64,000 nt of DNA from an uncultured archaeon (GCA_964407715.1 CAYOWP010000005.1:12780-76779), one strand, 5' to 3'; numbered from the stretch's first letter, positions 27,784-38,800 are shown. A program made the numbers and translations. Notes: generated by a model from the sequence alone, not told the origin.

Positions 27784-29436
27784 TTACTCTATTATATATG
27801 GATGCCCGCTAATCGCTCTTTCTTTTTCTAAATGCTCCAGTTTCTTTTCCAATTCTGCAATTTTTTGTTTTTGTTCATTTATGAGGTGATATATTTTCTT
27901 TTTCAAGTCCAACAATTCCATATTAAGCATGACATCAATTTCCTTAGACTCTTCAACATCTTTTAATGCAAATATTTCTTCTCTTATTTTTGTAAGCATT
28001 TCCTCTCTAAGTTTATCCACCTTCTCAGCTATATATTTCTCAAATTCTTTTAGCATTTCTATTTTCTGATTTTCAGTTATTTCATGCGAAGTTATCATTG
28101 ATAGCGTTTCCTCCCATATTTCATTCTTAAGCGTTTCTATTAATGTTTCAGAGAGCGCCTTGCTAATTTCGTGTCTTATTTCCTCTTTTATTTTTTTACT
28201 TAATTCTCTTTTTATTTTTGTTATTTTGGAATCCATTATCTTAGCTGTGTTTTTGGAGAGATTTAGCATCTTTATATTCATTTCATAATTATATTTTTCT
28301 ATCTCCTCTTTTGTTTCTTCTTTTAGCGCCTCTAGATTTTCATCTATACCTTCTATCTTCTTCTCTAATGATAGGATTTTTTCTTTTATCTCATTAACTT
28401 CTTTTTCATATTCTATTATTTTTTTGCTTTTGTTATTTAACACTTTGGCTAAATCCTTTATTTTTTTGGGAGAAATATTTTTTGTTTCTTCAATTATTTT
28501 CTCCAAACTTTCTTTAAGATTTTTTATTTCAGAGATATCTTTGGATATCCTTTCTATATGCTCTGAAGTTGCTTTTTCCTTAGAGGATCTTAAAAACTCG
28601 ATTTCATATTGCAAAAGATTTAATGCTTTCTCATATCTTCTTAATGCATATTCTATTCTATAATATACTTTATCTATCTCTTCTTTTTTATTTTCACCTA
28701 TTCTTTTTGCTATATTATCTAATTTTTGTTTTATTAAGGAGATTTCATCCTCATAGCCATCATATTTTTCAATCTTTTCCCTTAACTCATCATATTTTTC
28801 CTTTACCAATTTGGAGAACTTCTCATTTATTGAAAGGTTTTCTTTAAATGCATGGGAGATTTTCTTAATATCCTTTAATGCCTTCTCTATTTCAGCATTT
28901 ATTTTCTCATATTGGTCTCTCAATTTCACAACATCTTCGTTTTTTGCATATTTATCTCCAATAGAATATACAAGCATCTCTATTTTACTTATTCGTGACT
29001 CCAAATCTTTATATTTATCCTTAAATTCTAACGCGAAAGTATTTAACTCAGGTATTTTCTCCAAAGATTCTATTAATATGTTATACTTCTTTTTTAGCTC
29101 ATTGAATTCTTCATTAAGCAAATTAATCTTATCTGACAAATCCACTACTTCCAAATGTTCAACATATTTTAAATCCTCAAGAGATCTCAATTTCTCTTTT
29201 ATTTCTTGGGAATTTTCTAATAGCATTTTTAGTGATTTTTCATCTTTTATTTTACCAAGGATTGCTCTTATTATTTGGATTTCTTTTTCAAGATAGATGA
29301 GCCTTCTCTCGAAATCTATTTCCATAACTTTGGTTTTTGATTCTATTTCCTTTATAATATCCTCTATGTTTTTCCTATCATATAGAAAACTATCATCACT
29401 CTCTTCCTTTCTATTAAATATACCCTTGATTACCAT
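27784..29436 (-). CDS. Long coiled-coil protein of unknown function
   Basis: 550 aa, E/K/I/L heptad-rich, no ATPase motifs. Confidence 0.75.
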   Translation of the reverse strand: MVIKGIFNRKEESDDSFLYDRKNIEDIIKEIESKTKVMEIDFERRLIYLEKEIQIIRAILGKIKDEKSLKMLLENSQEIKEKLRSLEDLKYVEHLEVVDLSDKINLLNEEFNELKKKYNILIESLEKIPELNTFALEFKDKYKDLESRISKIEMLVYSIGDKYAKNEDVVKLRDQYEKINAEIEKALKDIKKISHAFKENLSINEKFSKLVKEKYDELREKIEKYDGYEDEISLIKQKLDNIAKRIGENKKEEIDKVYYRIEYALRRYEKALNLLQYEIEFLRSSKEKATSEHIERISKDISEIKNLKESLEKIIEETKNISPKKIKDLAKVLNNKSKKIIEYEKEVNEIKEKILSLEKKIEGIDENLEALKEETKEEIEKYNYEMNIKMLNLSKNTAKIMDSKITKIKRELSKKIKEEIRHEISKALSETLIETLKNEIWEETLSMITSHEITENQKIEMLKEFEKYIAEKVDKLREEMLTKIREEIFALKDVEESKEIDVMLNMELLDLKKKIYHLINEQKQKIAELEKKLEHLEKERAISGHPYIIE

Positions 29437-29495
29437 AAAGCATCTTAAAAATAATATGTACTTAATAAAAATATATAATTTTAACCTATTAACAG

Positions 29496-29628
29496 GTCAT
29501 TGTCCAATGATATATTTTGAGAAATTGGGTTAACGGGAAGCATAGCCCTATTCAAAAGGGTTAAACCGCTATAAGTGCTATTTGCGCGTTAAATTTCTGC
29601 TTAACAATAAGAATTATTGGACAAAGCA
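29496..29628. mobile_element. MITE-like element 4
   Basis: Degenerate TIRs GTCATTGTCCAAT / ATTGGACAAAGCA; perfect 9-bp flanking duplication TATTAACAG. Confidence 0.85.
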
Positions 29629-29700
29629 TATTAACAGAAATTTTATTGATATATTCTATCTCCCAAAAATATTTATTACAAATAGACAGATATAATCTTT

Positions 29701-31032
29701 ATGTATGTGCCTTATAATATTCGAAAAGTTTTTGAAAAGGCATCTATGAGAATCAGGAATAAGAAGATGTTGATTATCTCGCATAAAGATGCAGATGGAT
29801 TTCTCTCTTATGCTTTACTTCAGAGATGTATGGAAAAAGATGAAATAAGTAGACTTTTTCTGAATATTCTTACACCAGATATTCTTGATAGCATACCTAT
29901 GGATTTTGATGCTTATTTGTTTGTAGATACCGGTAATTGCTTGGAAAAAAATATCTTTGAGAGATTTAGGAATAAAACAGTCATAATTTTGGATCATCAT
30001 CCTACCTCGTACAATAAAATTTTTCACTCTCAAAATCATTTTAATATCAATGCCTATCTTTTGGGAATGGATGGAAATAAAGATATATGCTCTGCAGGAT
30101 TAAGTTATTTATTGTCCAAAAGTGTTAGTAAGTATGCTTTTGAGGGCTATTTTTATATACCAGTAGCAGGTGCGTTTGCAGATATGCAGATAAGCAGAGA
30201 GATTAAAGGTTTCAATTCTTTTTTTCTACATAATGCCCTGGCTAGAGGTGAGATGACAATAGAGAAATCTCTTATTTTGCCAGCAAAAAGCGTGAGACCT
30301 TTATATAAATCAATAGAATTCTTTATGAATGATAGAGGTATTGAATACACATCTTATGATGCTATATTGTTCTTGAAAAATATAGGAGTGAATCCATACA
30401 AGATGGATTTGTTTAGGAGAATACCACGTAAAGCAGATGACCTAAGTGAAGATGAAATCAAACTTATCTCCACACATCTTGCAATAGAATTGCAGGAAAG
30501 AGGAGTGGAGAGTGAAGAAATTTTGAGAGAGGCATATATTATAAAAAATAAGTATCTTCTTGAGGAGTTTGTTACATTGACCAATGCATGTGTGAAATTG
30601 GGTTATGTTGATAATGGATTATCCTTAGTATTCAAAATGAAAGATATGTATCACATATATGAAAATTATAGGCGTGAGATAGGAAAAGGATTTAACAAAG
30701 CTTATAGAAATCTACAAGTTCATGATAATATCGCATATTATATTTTTGATAAGAAGGATCTTAGAGACTCTTCATTAACAGGAAGCATAGCAACCATGTT
30801 AAATAAGAAAGTCATGAAGGAAATCATCTTTATCGGATATTTGAATGAGGATATTATAAAATTCTCCATTAGATCAAAAAATATTGATGTCAATTCACTT
30901 GTTAGGGAGTTCTGCAATAGAGTTCCAGGATGCTATGGAAATGGTCATCCACATGCCGCTGGAGGAACAATACCAAGAGAGCATTTGAACGAATTTATAG
31001 AGTTTCTTGATACTCATGCAAAAACCGCATAA
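29701..31032 (+). CDS. recJ: RecJ-like DHH phosphoesterase
   Basis: SHKDADG, FVDTG, LDHH, GNGHPHAAG. Confidence 0.85.
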   Translation: MYVPYNIRKVFEKASMRIRNKKMLIISHKDADGFLSYALLQRCMEKDEISRLFLNILTPDILDSIPMDFDAYLFVDTGNCLEKNIFERFRNKTVIILDHHPTSYNKIFHSQNHFNINAYLLGMDGNKDICSAGLSYLLSKSVSKYAFEGYFYIPVAGAFADMQISREIKGFNSFFLHNALARGEMTIEKSLILPAKSVRPLYKSIEFFMNDRGIEYTSYDAILFLKNIGVNPYKMDLFRRIPRKADDLSEDEIKLISTHLAIELQERGVESEEILREAYIIKNKYLLEEFVTLTNACVKLGYVDNGLSLVFKMKDMYHIYENYRREIGKGFNKAYRNLQVHDNIAYYIFDKKDLRDSSLTGSIATMLNKKVMKEIIFIGYLNEDIIKFSIRSKNIDVNSLVREFCNRVPGCYGNGHPHAAGGTIPREHLNEFIEFLDTHAKTA

Positions 31033-31132
31033 TTATTTTCTCACGGAAAAAAGAGGCCTCTCTCGGAAAATATCGTATATATAAGGTTTAAATATCCCAA
31101 TATGGTAGATATTCTTATAGGAGGTGATGAGG

Positions 31133-31291
31133 ATGATAGGAAAAAGGAGAAACATCTACAATTTGAGGGATTTGAGGCAGAGAAACATATATTATTATCT
31201 CAGAAATAGAGAGAGCATACTCAATAGAATCGAGATAAGACAGAAAATAGATTACAAAATAAGAGAGCTCAAGAAAATATATGGATTTTAA
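31133..31291 (+). CDS. Small Arg-rich hypothetical protein, 52 aa (not in the ORF track)
   Basis: Manual translation MIGKRRNIYNLRDLRQRNIYYYLRNRES...; strong SD GGAGGTGA. Confidence 0.55.
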   Translation: MIGKRRNIYNLRDLRQRNIYYYLRNRESILNRIEIRQKIDYKIRELKKIYGF

Positions 31292-31354
31292 AAAGCATCA
31301 AACACATAGTTATCCCTCCACACCCTCACATTTGATCAGCTATCCTTCAGAAAT

Positions 31355-32428
31355 GTTAACTGCTACACAACCACTCTATTGAGTTATGTTCTCCGCGACC
31401 TAAAGCAGCTGATCTCCTTGAGAGGGTTAGCTGCTTCCTACACGCATCAATGGACAGGATATGCCTCGAGGTAACCAGATTAAGAAATGGTTAACAGGAA
31501 GGAGATATATTCACCACAGGTTTTAAGGCAGCCAACCAGCTTGAGGGTTAGCTGCTTCATACATGAATCAAAAGGTCAGCTGCTCCAAGATACCTAATGG
31601 ATGGGTTACTCCTCCCATTAACCATTTTTTATAATTGGTTAACGGGAAGAAATCGGTATTAACGAGCATCTCATAGCATGCTAACCTTTTTTAAGGTTAG
31701 CTGCTCATTAACCGCTTTATTAGGTTACCTGCTATAATGCGGCTAATTGATAAAGTGTGGTTCCCGTTAACCAGATTTTTTATTTTTAATAAAAATGGTT
31801 AACGGGAGGTATCACTTTCTCAACAAACATTGCAGCATGCTAACCTTTTTTTAAGGTTAGCTGCTCATTAACTGCTTTATTAGGTTAGATGCTTTGCTAT
31901 GGTTCCTTGATAAGGTATACTTTCCGTTAACCATTTTTATTCTTTTTATTACTGGTTAACAGGAAAACTCGCTAATACAAAGACATTACAGCATAGTAAC
32001 CTCTCCTGGAGGTTAGCTGCTCTAATGTGCTATTGAGAAGGGTATACTTCCCATTAACCAGATTTTAAAAATGGTTAACTGGAAAACTCGCTAATACAAA
32101 GGTCTCGCAGCATGCTAACCTTTTTTAAGGTTAGCTGCTCTGCTATGGCTCATTGTGAAGGTATACTTCCCCTTAACCATTTTTTAATTTGGTTAACTGG
32201 AAGAAATCGCTTTACCAAAGCATATCACAGCATGGTAGCCGCATAAAAAGGTTAGCTGCTCTGATATACTTTGGAAGAGGTATGATGTCCCTTAACCAAA
32301 TTATTTTAAAAGATAAAAAATAGTTAACGGGAGAAACTCGCTAATATAAAGGCATTACGGCATACTGACCTTTATAAAGGATATCTGCTCTAATACACTG
32401 AAGGAATAGGATAACCTTCCCATTAACC
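31355..32428 (-). repeat. Tandem array 2 of hairpin units (8 units)
   Basis: Units about 31355-31476 (degenerate), 31489-31623, 31637-31772, 31797-31932, 31954-32059, 32073-32178, 32191-32297, 32322-32428, separated by 12-25 bp AT-rich linkers. Confidence 0.95.
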
Positions 32429-32585
32429 ATTTGCAGCATGCATCCTTCTGTTATAACTAAAAAATAATAAAAAATAATTATTTAAATGTTATATGTTCAT
32501 ATATTAATATATTAAGATATTAGTATATGAAAATGTTGATATAAAGATATATTTTTAAATCAAATCAAGGTGTGGAGGGATATAA

Positions 32586-33125
32586 ATGGAATGGGAAATA
32601 AAAATCCATAATGTCGTAGCCTCTCTAAATATCCAAAACAAAATTCCTCTTGTGAGGATTGCAAATAATCTTGAAGGTGTTGAGTATGAGCCTGATCAGT
32701 TTCCTGGACTGGTGCTGAGAATAGATGATCCAAAATCTGCTGCCCTGATGTTTAGTAACGGAAAAATAATAAGCACAGGGACAAAATCAGTAAAACAAGC
32801 AAATGATGCAATTTCTCGTTTATTAGAAATATTTGATGAGTTATCAATTCCTTATAATAATACAAAATATAATATTGATAATGTGGTTGCATCAACACAT
32901 GTAGGCAAAGAGTTGAATTTAACAAAAATTGCATGGGCTATGGAAGAATCTGAATATGAGCCTGATCAATTTCCAGGGCTGGTTTATAGACAACATGATA
33001 CTGGCGTAGTATTTCTATTATTTAGGACAGGTAAGATTGTATGTACTGGGGCTAAATCTGAAGAGCAGATATATGAGAGTTTTAAGAAGCTTTATACAAA
33101 ATTAAAAGAGATAGGAGAGATCTAA
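32586..33125 (+). CDS. tbp: TATA-box-binding protein (paralog 1)
   Basis: Two repeats of NVVAS...EYEPDQFPGLV. Confidence 0.96.
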   Translation: MEWEIKIHNVVASLNIQNKIPLVRIANNLEGVEYEPDQFPGLVLRIDDPKSAALMFSNGKIISTGTKSVKQANDAISRLLEIFDELSIPYNNTKYNIDNVVASTHVGKELNLTKIAWAMEESEYEPDQFPGLVYRQHDTGVVFLLFRTGKIVCTGAKSEEQIYESFKKLYTKLKEIGEI

Positions 33126-33162
33126 ACACTATCCTAAAGTATTAAAGGGGGATAGATAATCT

Positions 33163-33561
33163 ATGGAAACCACACTTAAAGAAGCCAAGCAATATAAAAA
33201 AGGAGATTTTATACTTATAGATGATACAGTATGCAGGGTAGTTGAGGTTTCAATCTCTAAACCAGGGAAGCATGGCTCTGCTAAAGCAAGAATTGTTGCT
33301 GTTTCTCTTTTAGATGGAAGGAAAAAGGAACTCATAAAGCCAGGTGATTCTAAGGTACCAGCACCTATAATAGAAAAGAAAGATGGGCAAGTTATAATGT
33401 TATATGATAAACGCACAGCTCAAGTTATGGATTTAGAGACTTATGAAACCTTAGACGCTATTATCTCTGAAGATATAGCAGAAAGTATAGAGGAAGGAAT
33501 AAATGTTGAATATTGGAAAATAGGAAACATGAATGTGATTATGCGAGTAAAAAGAGATTAG
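33163..33561 (+). CDS. eif5a: Translation factor a/eIF5A
   Basis: SKPGKHGSAK hypusine motif. Confidence 0.97.
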   Translation: METTLKEAKQYKKGDFILIDDTVCRVVEVSISKPGKHGSAKARIVAVSLLDGRKKELIKPGDSKVPAPIIEKKDGQVIMLYDKRTAQVMDLETYETLDAIISEDIAESIEEGINVEYWKIGNMNVIMRVKRD

Positions 33562-35369
33562 CTCTTTTTTGTAACTATGTTTTTTATTTGTTGTAGTTCC
33601 TCGGGAAGGTGAAGAGCAAGTACTTCTTTTTCTATTTCTTTTGTGAGATACTCTATCTCTCTATCTTTTAAGTGCTGGAATTGCTCATTTTCATGATTAA
33701 GGATTAATTCCACGACTTTCTTTAAATCTTCATAGTTATGTCTTCCATCAATTAAAATGAAATCTGCACCACCTTCATACAATTTAAGTGCCTTTTTGAA
33801 ACTGTTAGACCTGCCTATTATTTTAATATGCTTATTTAAGGATTTTACAGTTGCTAAGCTCTCAGAAAGTTCATTAAAATCTTCTTTTGCGTATATGAAT
33901 ATTTGTGCTTTATCTATATAGATATCTTTTAATATTTCTTCATCATCAATACTGCCAAAGATGACATTATATCCTTCTCTTCTTAACAATCTAACCTGTT
34001 GGATGTCATCACTTAATACAACTATTTTTTCAGGATTTAACTTTTCTAAGAGAATCTTCGTGAATGCATTTATACCATAGATAATGATATGATCACGCAT
34101 TTTATTGCTTGTTATAGCATCCAAGCTTTCCTCTTCTGCTTTATTAGCTATATTTATTTTCTCAAGAAATTCAAAATATCGATATAGCTTTGAGGTTATA
34201 ACCCAATTCCATTGTATCATATATGATGAGAGAAAAGAAGTTATGAAAAATACACCACCTATAATAGAAAGAAGTTCCTTTGTGAGTATTCCAGAATTTA
34301 ATGCTATACCTCCTAGTATAAGAGAGAACTCTGAGGTTTGTGCAAGTGTTATTCCAAGTTGAAGTGAATTCTTTGCATCATTTCCAAAAAGTAGAGAGGG
34401 AATTAGATATAGCATAGGCTTAATAAGAAGTGTGAATATTACAAGTAATGAGGTCAAGATTAAATATTGCGAGCTCAACGAAGCTAAGGACATTTGTAAG
34501 CCTAAAGCAACAAAGAAAAGCACTATAAAGAAATCTCTTAGATGGGCAATTCTTTGAGTGACTCTATATGAATATGGATATACTGCAGCAGCCAGACCTC
34601 CTATGAAACCACCTATTGCAATAGAAAATCCAAATACACTGCTTATTATAGAGAATATGAACAACACGGATAAAGAAAGAAGAAATGTAATGTCAACATT
34701 ATTATAGAAATATTTCATTAGAGGTTTAATAATAAATCTGTTTGATGCTAATGCCAATGCTATGAGTCCTGAACCTTTTAAAATGATATCCAATATGTGA
34801 TATTCTAAAGATGTCTTTTCAGCAGACATAAGAAATGGAATGATTAGAATTACAAGGATATCCTGCATCAGCAAAATACCTAAAGCATTTCTTCCATAGA
34901 TTGTATCTATTGTTCCTTTATCTGATAAATATTTTATTACGATAGCTGTGCTACTAAAAGATAGTGCTATCGCAATGAGAAGCGCTTTCTTAAAAGGTAT
35001 CGAAAACATATATAATAATGCTAAGGTTAAGAGAGAAGTAGTACTTACTTGAATAAGAGTTCCGATAATAGAGAAGCTTAATATATTTTTTATTTTGTCA
35101 ATATCAAACTCCATTCCTATGAGGAACAATAAAAGAGCAATACCCAATTCTGAGATAGAAAGTATAGATTCTTTGTTAAACGCTAAGTTGTGGGAGGAGA
35201 GATAATTTATCAAAAGTCCAACAAGGATATACACAGGAATCATAGGTTGCTTTAGATATGATGCAATCAATCCTAAAATTGTTGCTAACAATATTATAAT
35301 GCCGAGTTCCAATAATAACCCAGATTCCAACACCTTCAACGACAACATTTCGTGAATATAAAAAACCAT
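33558..35369 (-). CDS. Kef-type K+/H+ antiporter (CPA2) with a TrkA-N domain
   Basis: ELGIALLLFLIGME, FSSTAI, QDIL, SEFS; C-terminal KTN domain. Confidence 0.9.
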   Translation of the reverse strand: MVFYIHEMLSLKVLESGLLLELGIIILLATILGLIASYLKQPMIPVYILVGLLINYLSSHNLAFNKESILSISELGIALLLFLIGMEFDIDKIKNILSFSIIGTLIQVSTTSLLTLALLYMFSIPFKKALLIAIALSFSSTAIVIKYLSDKGTIDTIYGRNALGILLMQDILVILIIPFLMSAEKTSLEYHILDIILKGSGLIALALASNRFIIKPLMKYFYNNVDITFLLSLSVLFIFSIISSVFGFSIAIGGFIGGLAAAVYPYSYRVTQRIAHLRDFFIVLFFVALGLQMSLASLSSQYLILTSLLVIFTLLIKPMLYLIPSLLFGNDAKNSLQLGITLAQTSEFSLILGGIALNSGILTKELLSIIGGVFFITSFLSSYMIQWNWVITSKLYRYFEFLEKINIANKAEEESLDAITSNKMRDHIIIYGINAFTKILLEKLNPEKIVVLSDDIQQVRLLRREGYNVIFGSIDDEEILKDIYIDKAQIFIYAKEDFNELSESLATVKSLNKHIKIIGRSNSFKKALKLYEGGADFILIDGRHNYEDLKKVVELILNHENEQFQHLKDREIEYLTKEIEKEVLALHLPEELQQIKNIVTKKS

Positions 35370-35415
35370 AATATTTTTATTTTTTGAAATAAATAAATTA
35401 TTTTTTAATTAAAAG

Positions 35416-35596
35416 GGCATTGTCCAATAATCCCTTATTAACAAAATTTTGTTAAGCGGAAAAGTAACCTTTTAAAGAAGCGTATTAGAGCAGCAAACCT
35501 TGTAGAGCTAATGCAATTCAAATGGTTAACTGCTCTCATGCGCTTCTGTGAGAGTTTACGTTTCCGCTTAACAATAAGGAATTATTGGACAATGCC
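35416..35596. mobile_element. MITE-like element 5 (fully palindromic form)
   Basis: Perfect 16-bp TIR GGCATTGTCCAATAAT; flanked by the direct repeat TAATTAAAAG on both sides. Confidence 0.92.
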
Positions 35597-35659
35597 TAAT
35601 TAAAAGTACATGAAAGCACAAACTGTTAAGTAGGTATATTAAAGGAGATACGACTTCTT

Positions 35660-36108
35660 CGATAAGCAAGACCTTCGGAAAGGCAATTTCTTTGCGTTAA
35701 CAATTTTTTAAAATTTGGTTAATGGGCAACATAGCCTAATAAGAGGCAATTGCGGAGCAGCTAACCTTTATGAGAGGTCACTATCCTGCAATGCCTTTAT
35801 ATCGGCGAATTTCTCGCGTTAACCATTTTTATTAAAAATAAAAAAATCTGGTTAACAGGAACCACACTTTATCAATTAGCCGCATTATAGCAGCTAACCT
35901 TAAAAAAAGGTTAGCATGCTATGAGATGCTCGTTAATGACGAATCCCTCCAGTTAACCAATTATAAAAAATGGTTAACCCGAGGAGTAACTCATACATGA
36001 GGTATCTTGGAGCAGCTGACCTTTTGATGCGTGTAGGAAGCAGCTATAAGAAATATGGCTAAGGAGAAACATGACTTATCAGCGAGCAATATTGGAGCAG
36101 CTAACCTT
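35660..36108 (+). repeat. Tandem array 3 of hairpin units (about 4 units); partly an inverted copy of array 2
   Basis: Units 35717-35824, 35850-35958, 35972-about 36108; 35821-36045 matches the reverse complement of about 31545-31803. Confidence 0.9.
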
Positions 36109-36236
36109 TTTTTGTATGTGTGCATGCTGTGATGTAAAATGAATCTTTTTTATGCGAATCAAAATCTTTATAAATAGAATTTTGTAAAAATTTTAACTTA
36201 TAATGTGTTCTTGAGAAGTTTTTGATGGTGAAATGA

Positions 36237-37865
36237 ATGAATGAAAAATTAAGATTTGTGTTTGTTGTAGGTGGAGTGCTTTCTGGTATTGGCAAGGGAG
36301 TAGTAACAGCATCTATCTCAAAACTTCTTCAATCTTATGGATATAAGGTCACAGCAATAAAAATAGATCCTTATGTTAATATAGATGCTGGAACTATGAG
36401 ACCTACAGAGCATGGAGAGGTATTTGTTACAGATGATGGAGGAGAAATAGATCAGGATTTAGGAACATATGAGAGGTTTTTAGACATAACAATTCCAAAG
36501 AAAAACAATATCACTACAGGACAAATATATTTAGAGGTGATAAAAAGGGAGAGAGCTTTGGGGTATGGTGGAAGAGATGTGCAAATCATACCAGATGTGA
36601 TGAACGAGGTAAAAAGAAGAATTTTGGAGGCAAGCAGGGGATATGAGATTGCTGTTGTTGAGGTTGGAGGAACAACAGGAGATATAGAGAACCTCGTATT
36701 CTTATATGCGATTAGAAACCTTATGAATGAATACCCATCTGTAAGTGTGATGGTAACATATGCTCCTTTTTTGAGGACTGTAGGAGAATTAAAAACAAAA
36801 CCAACACAACATGCTGTTGCAAAGTTAAGAGAGACGGGTATATTTCCAGATTTCTTGGTTGTTAGATCTGAAATGGGATTGGATGAAATAAGAAAAAAGA
36901 AAATCTCTAAAAGCACTTTTATACCTGAGGAGAATATTATTGACAATCCTGATGTTGATTCTATATATCGAATTCCAATCTTATTTGAGGAACAGAAGGT
37001 TATTGAGAATATACTGAAAAAATTGAATCTGAAGAAGAGGAAATATGATATGGAAGCATGGAGGAAATTTGTTGAAAAGATAGATAAATCAGAGAAGGAG
37101 ATAAACATTGCGATTGTTGGAAAATATGTTAGCTATGGAAAATCTGAGCATAAGGATGTATATGTATCTGTTATAGAGGCGTTGAAACACGCATCCTATA
37201 ATAACTATTTAAAACCAAAGATAACCCAAATATCATCTTTGGAACTTGAAAAGGATGGCTATGAGGAAATTCTTAAGGATTTTGATGGAATCATTGTCCC
37301 TGGAGGATTTGGAGATTCTGGTGTTGAGGGCAAAATAAATGCTATTAGATATGCAAGAGAGAATGATGTTCCTTTCCTTGGTTTGTGTTATGGTATGCAG
37401 TTAGCAGTTGTGGAATATGCGAGGAATGTATGCGGGTTAAGAGGTGCACATACTACAGAGGTTGATCCTAACACTCCATATCCCGTGATAGATATCATGC
37501 CAGAGCAAAAGAAGCTAATAGAGGAAGGAAAATATGGAGCAACAATGAGATTGGGAGCATATCCCGCAATATTAAAAAAGGGCACATTGGTATATAATCT
37601 CTATAAAAAGGAGAGAGTTTATGAGAGGCATAGGCATAGATATGAAGTTAATCCTGATTTTGTTGAAATACTTGAAAATGGAGGATTGGTGTTTTCTGGC
37701 ACAAGTCCAGATGGTAGATTGATGGAATTCCTGGAGCTTCCAAATCATAGATTCTTTGTTGCTACTCAGGCGCATCCTGAGTTTAAGAGCAGACCTCTTA
37801 ATCCACATCCTTTATTTGTTGGTTTTATTAATGCAATAGCTCATAAAAAAGGCTTTGTTCAATAG
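36237..37865 (+). CDS. pyrG: CTP synthase
   Basis: GGVLSGIGKG, KIDPY, PGGFG, GLCYGMQ, RHRHRYE, QAHPEF. Confidence 0.98.
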   Translation: MNEKLRFVFVVGGVLSGIGKGVVTASISKLLQSYGYKVTAIKIDPYVNIDAGTMRPTEHGEVFVTDDGGEIDQDLGTYERFLDITIPKKNNITTGQIYLEVIKRERALGYGGRDVQIIPDVMNEVKRRILEASRGYEIAVVEVGGTTGDIENLVFLYAIRNLMNEYPSVSVMVTYAPFLRTVGELKTKPTQHAVAKLRETGIFPDFLVVRSEMGLDEIRKKKISKSTFIPEENIIDNPDVDSIYRIPILFEEQKVIENILKKLNLKKRKYDMEAWRKFVEKIDKSEKEINIAIVGKYVSYGKSEHKDVYVSVIEALKHASYNNYLKPKITQISSLELEKDGYEEILKDFDGIIVPGGFGDSGVEGKINAIRYARENDVPFLGLCYGMQLAVVEYARNVCGLRGAHTTEVDPNTPYPVIDIMPEQKKLIEEGKYGATMRLGAYPAILKKGTLVYNLYKKERVYERHRHRYEVNPDFVEILENGGLVFSGTSPDGRLMEFLELPNHRFFVATQAHPEFKSRPLNPHPLFVGFINAIAHKKGFVQ

Positions 37866-37876
37866 TTATTTTTCTA

Positions 37877-38800
37877 TTATGGAGAGATATCTGATAGGGA
37901 TTTCTTGCTAAATAAATAATTTAGTTTTAGATTGTTCATTATCCATTTTAGGTATTCCCTTATTCCCTTTCCTTTTATCAATGATTTCGATAATGCCAAT
38001 GTTATGTTGTTTCCGTAGATATCTATAAATCTTTGGATATCATGTGGTAAATGTATGTCATCAAAATATATTCTATCATTTTCATCCCTGTAGATGCTAA
38101 ACATTATTATTTTACTTGCAAGTATCTCATGCAATTTGCTGGCTATTTTATTTATTTCACTATTTGCTTTAGTTTCTTCATACTCCCTATCAGATTTTCT
38201 GATGCCAAATGTATAGCCATCTATATATAGATACTCCTCATATTGCATATCTGGGAATATCTCCTTAATTACAAGACACTTTTTGATAGATTCTATAGTG
38301 TCTAATATTGAGGAAACACTTTCTCGTGATTTTATGATAATGCTCCTCCCTTCTCCAGTGATTTTTATGAGCAAAGGAAATTCCAAAGTATCAAGGATAT
38401 TAAGTAATGGTTTATCACTTATTGATACGTATGTTTTTAAGGTTGAGATGTTGTGCTTATCTATTTCTTTTATTAAGATATTTGATTCAAGGGCGTAATC
38501 TATATATTTTGAATTTATATATGTTTCGATGCCCTCATCCTCAAATACTTTGAGTATTATTTTGTAGAGCATATAATATTTTCTTTGGATAAACGGAATA
38601 GCAACATCATATTTATGCGTGATATCTTGTGTTCTATAAAAGATTCTGCTATCCCTTCCTAATTTCACAACCAAATTATCTATTTTTATTATGTCAGTAT
38701 TAAAACCCACACTTTGCAAATAATTATATAACCCTATCTCATGTTCTTCCTTCTTTGAGGTTGAGATTATAAGTATCTTATTATTATGATTGCTGTTCAT
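37877..38800 (-). CDS. Divergent RimK-like ATP-grasp protein
   Basis: FPLLIK, position next to a RimK-associated protease gene; catalytic motifs poorly conserved. Confidence 0.55.
   Translation of the reverse strand: MNSNHNNKILIISTSKKEEHEIGLYNYLQSVGFNTDIIKIDNLVVKLGRDSRIFYRTQDITHKYDVAIPFIQRKYYMLYKIILKVFEDEGIETYINSKYIDYALESNILIKEIDKHNISTLKTYVSISDKPLLNILDTLEFPLLIKITGEGRSIIIKSRESVSSILDTIESIKKCLVIKEIFPDMQYEEYLYIDGYTFGIRKSDREYEETKANSEINKIASKLHEILASKIIMFSIYRDENDRIYFDDIHLPHDIQRFIDIYGNNITLALSKSLIKGKGIREYLKWIMNNLKLNYLFSKKSLSDISP

Noticed and set aside
27784-29436. SMC/Rad50-like ATPase
   Set aside because: Coiled coil only; no Walker A/B or signature motif.
31355-32428. CRISPR array
   Set aside because: The variable segments are diverged homologues of each other rather than unique spacers, the units are 106-138 bp nested palindromes, and no cas genes are present.
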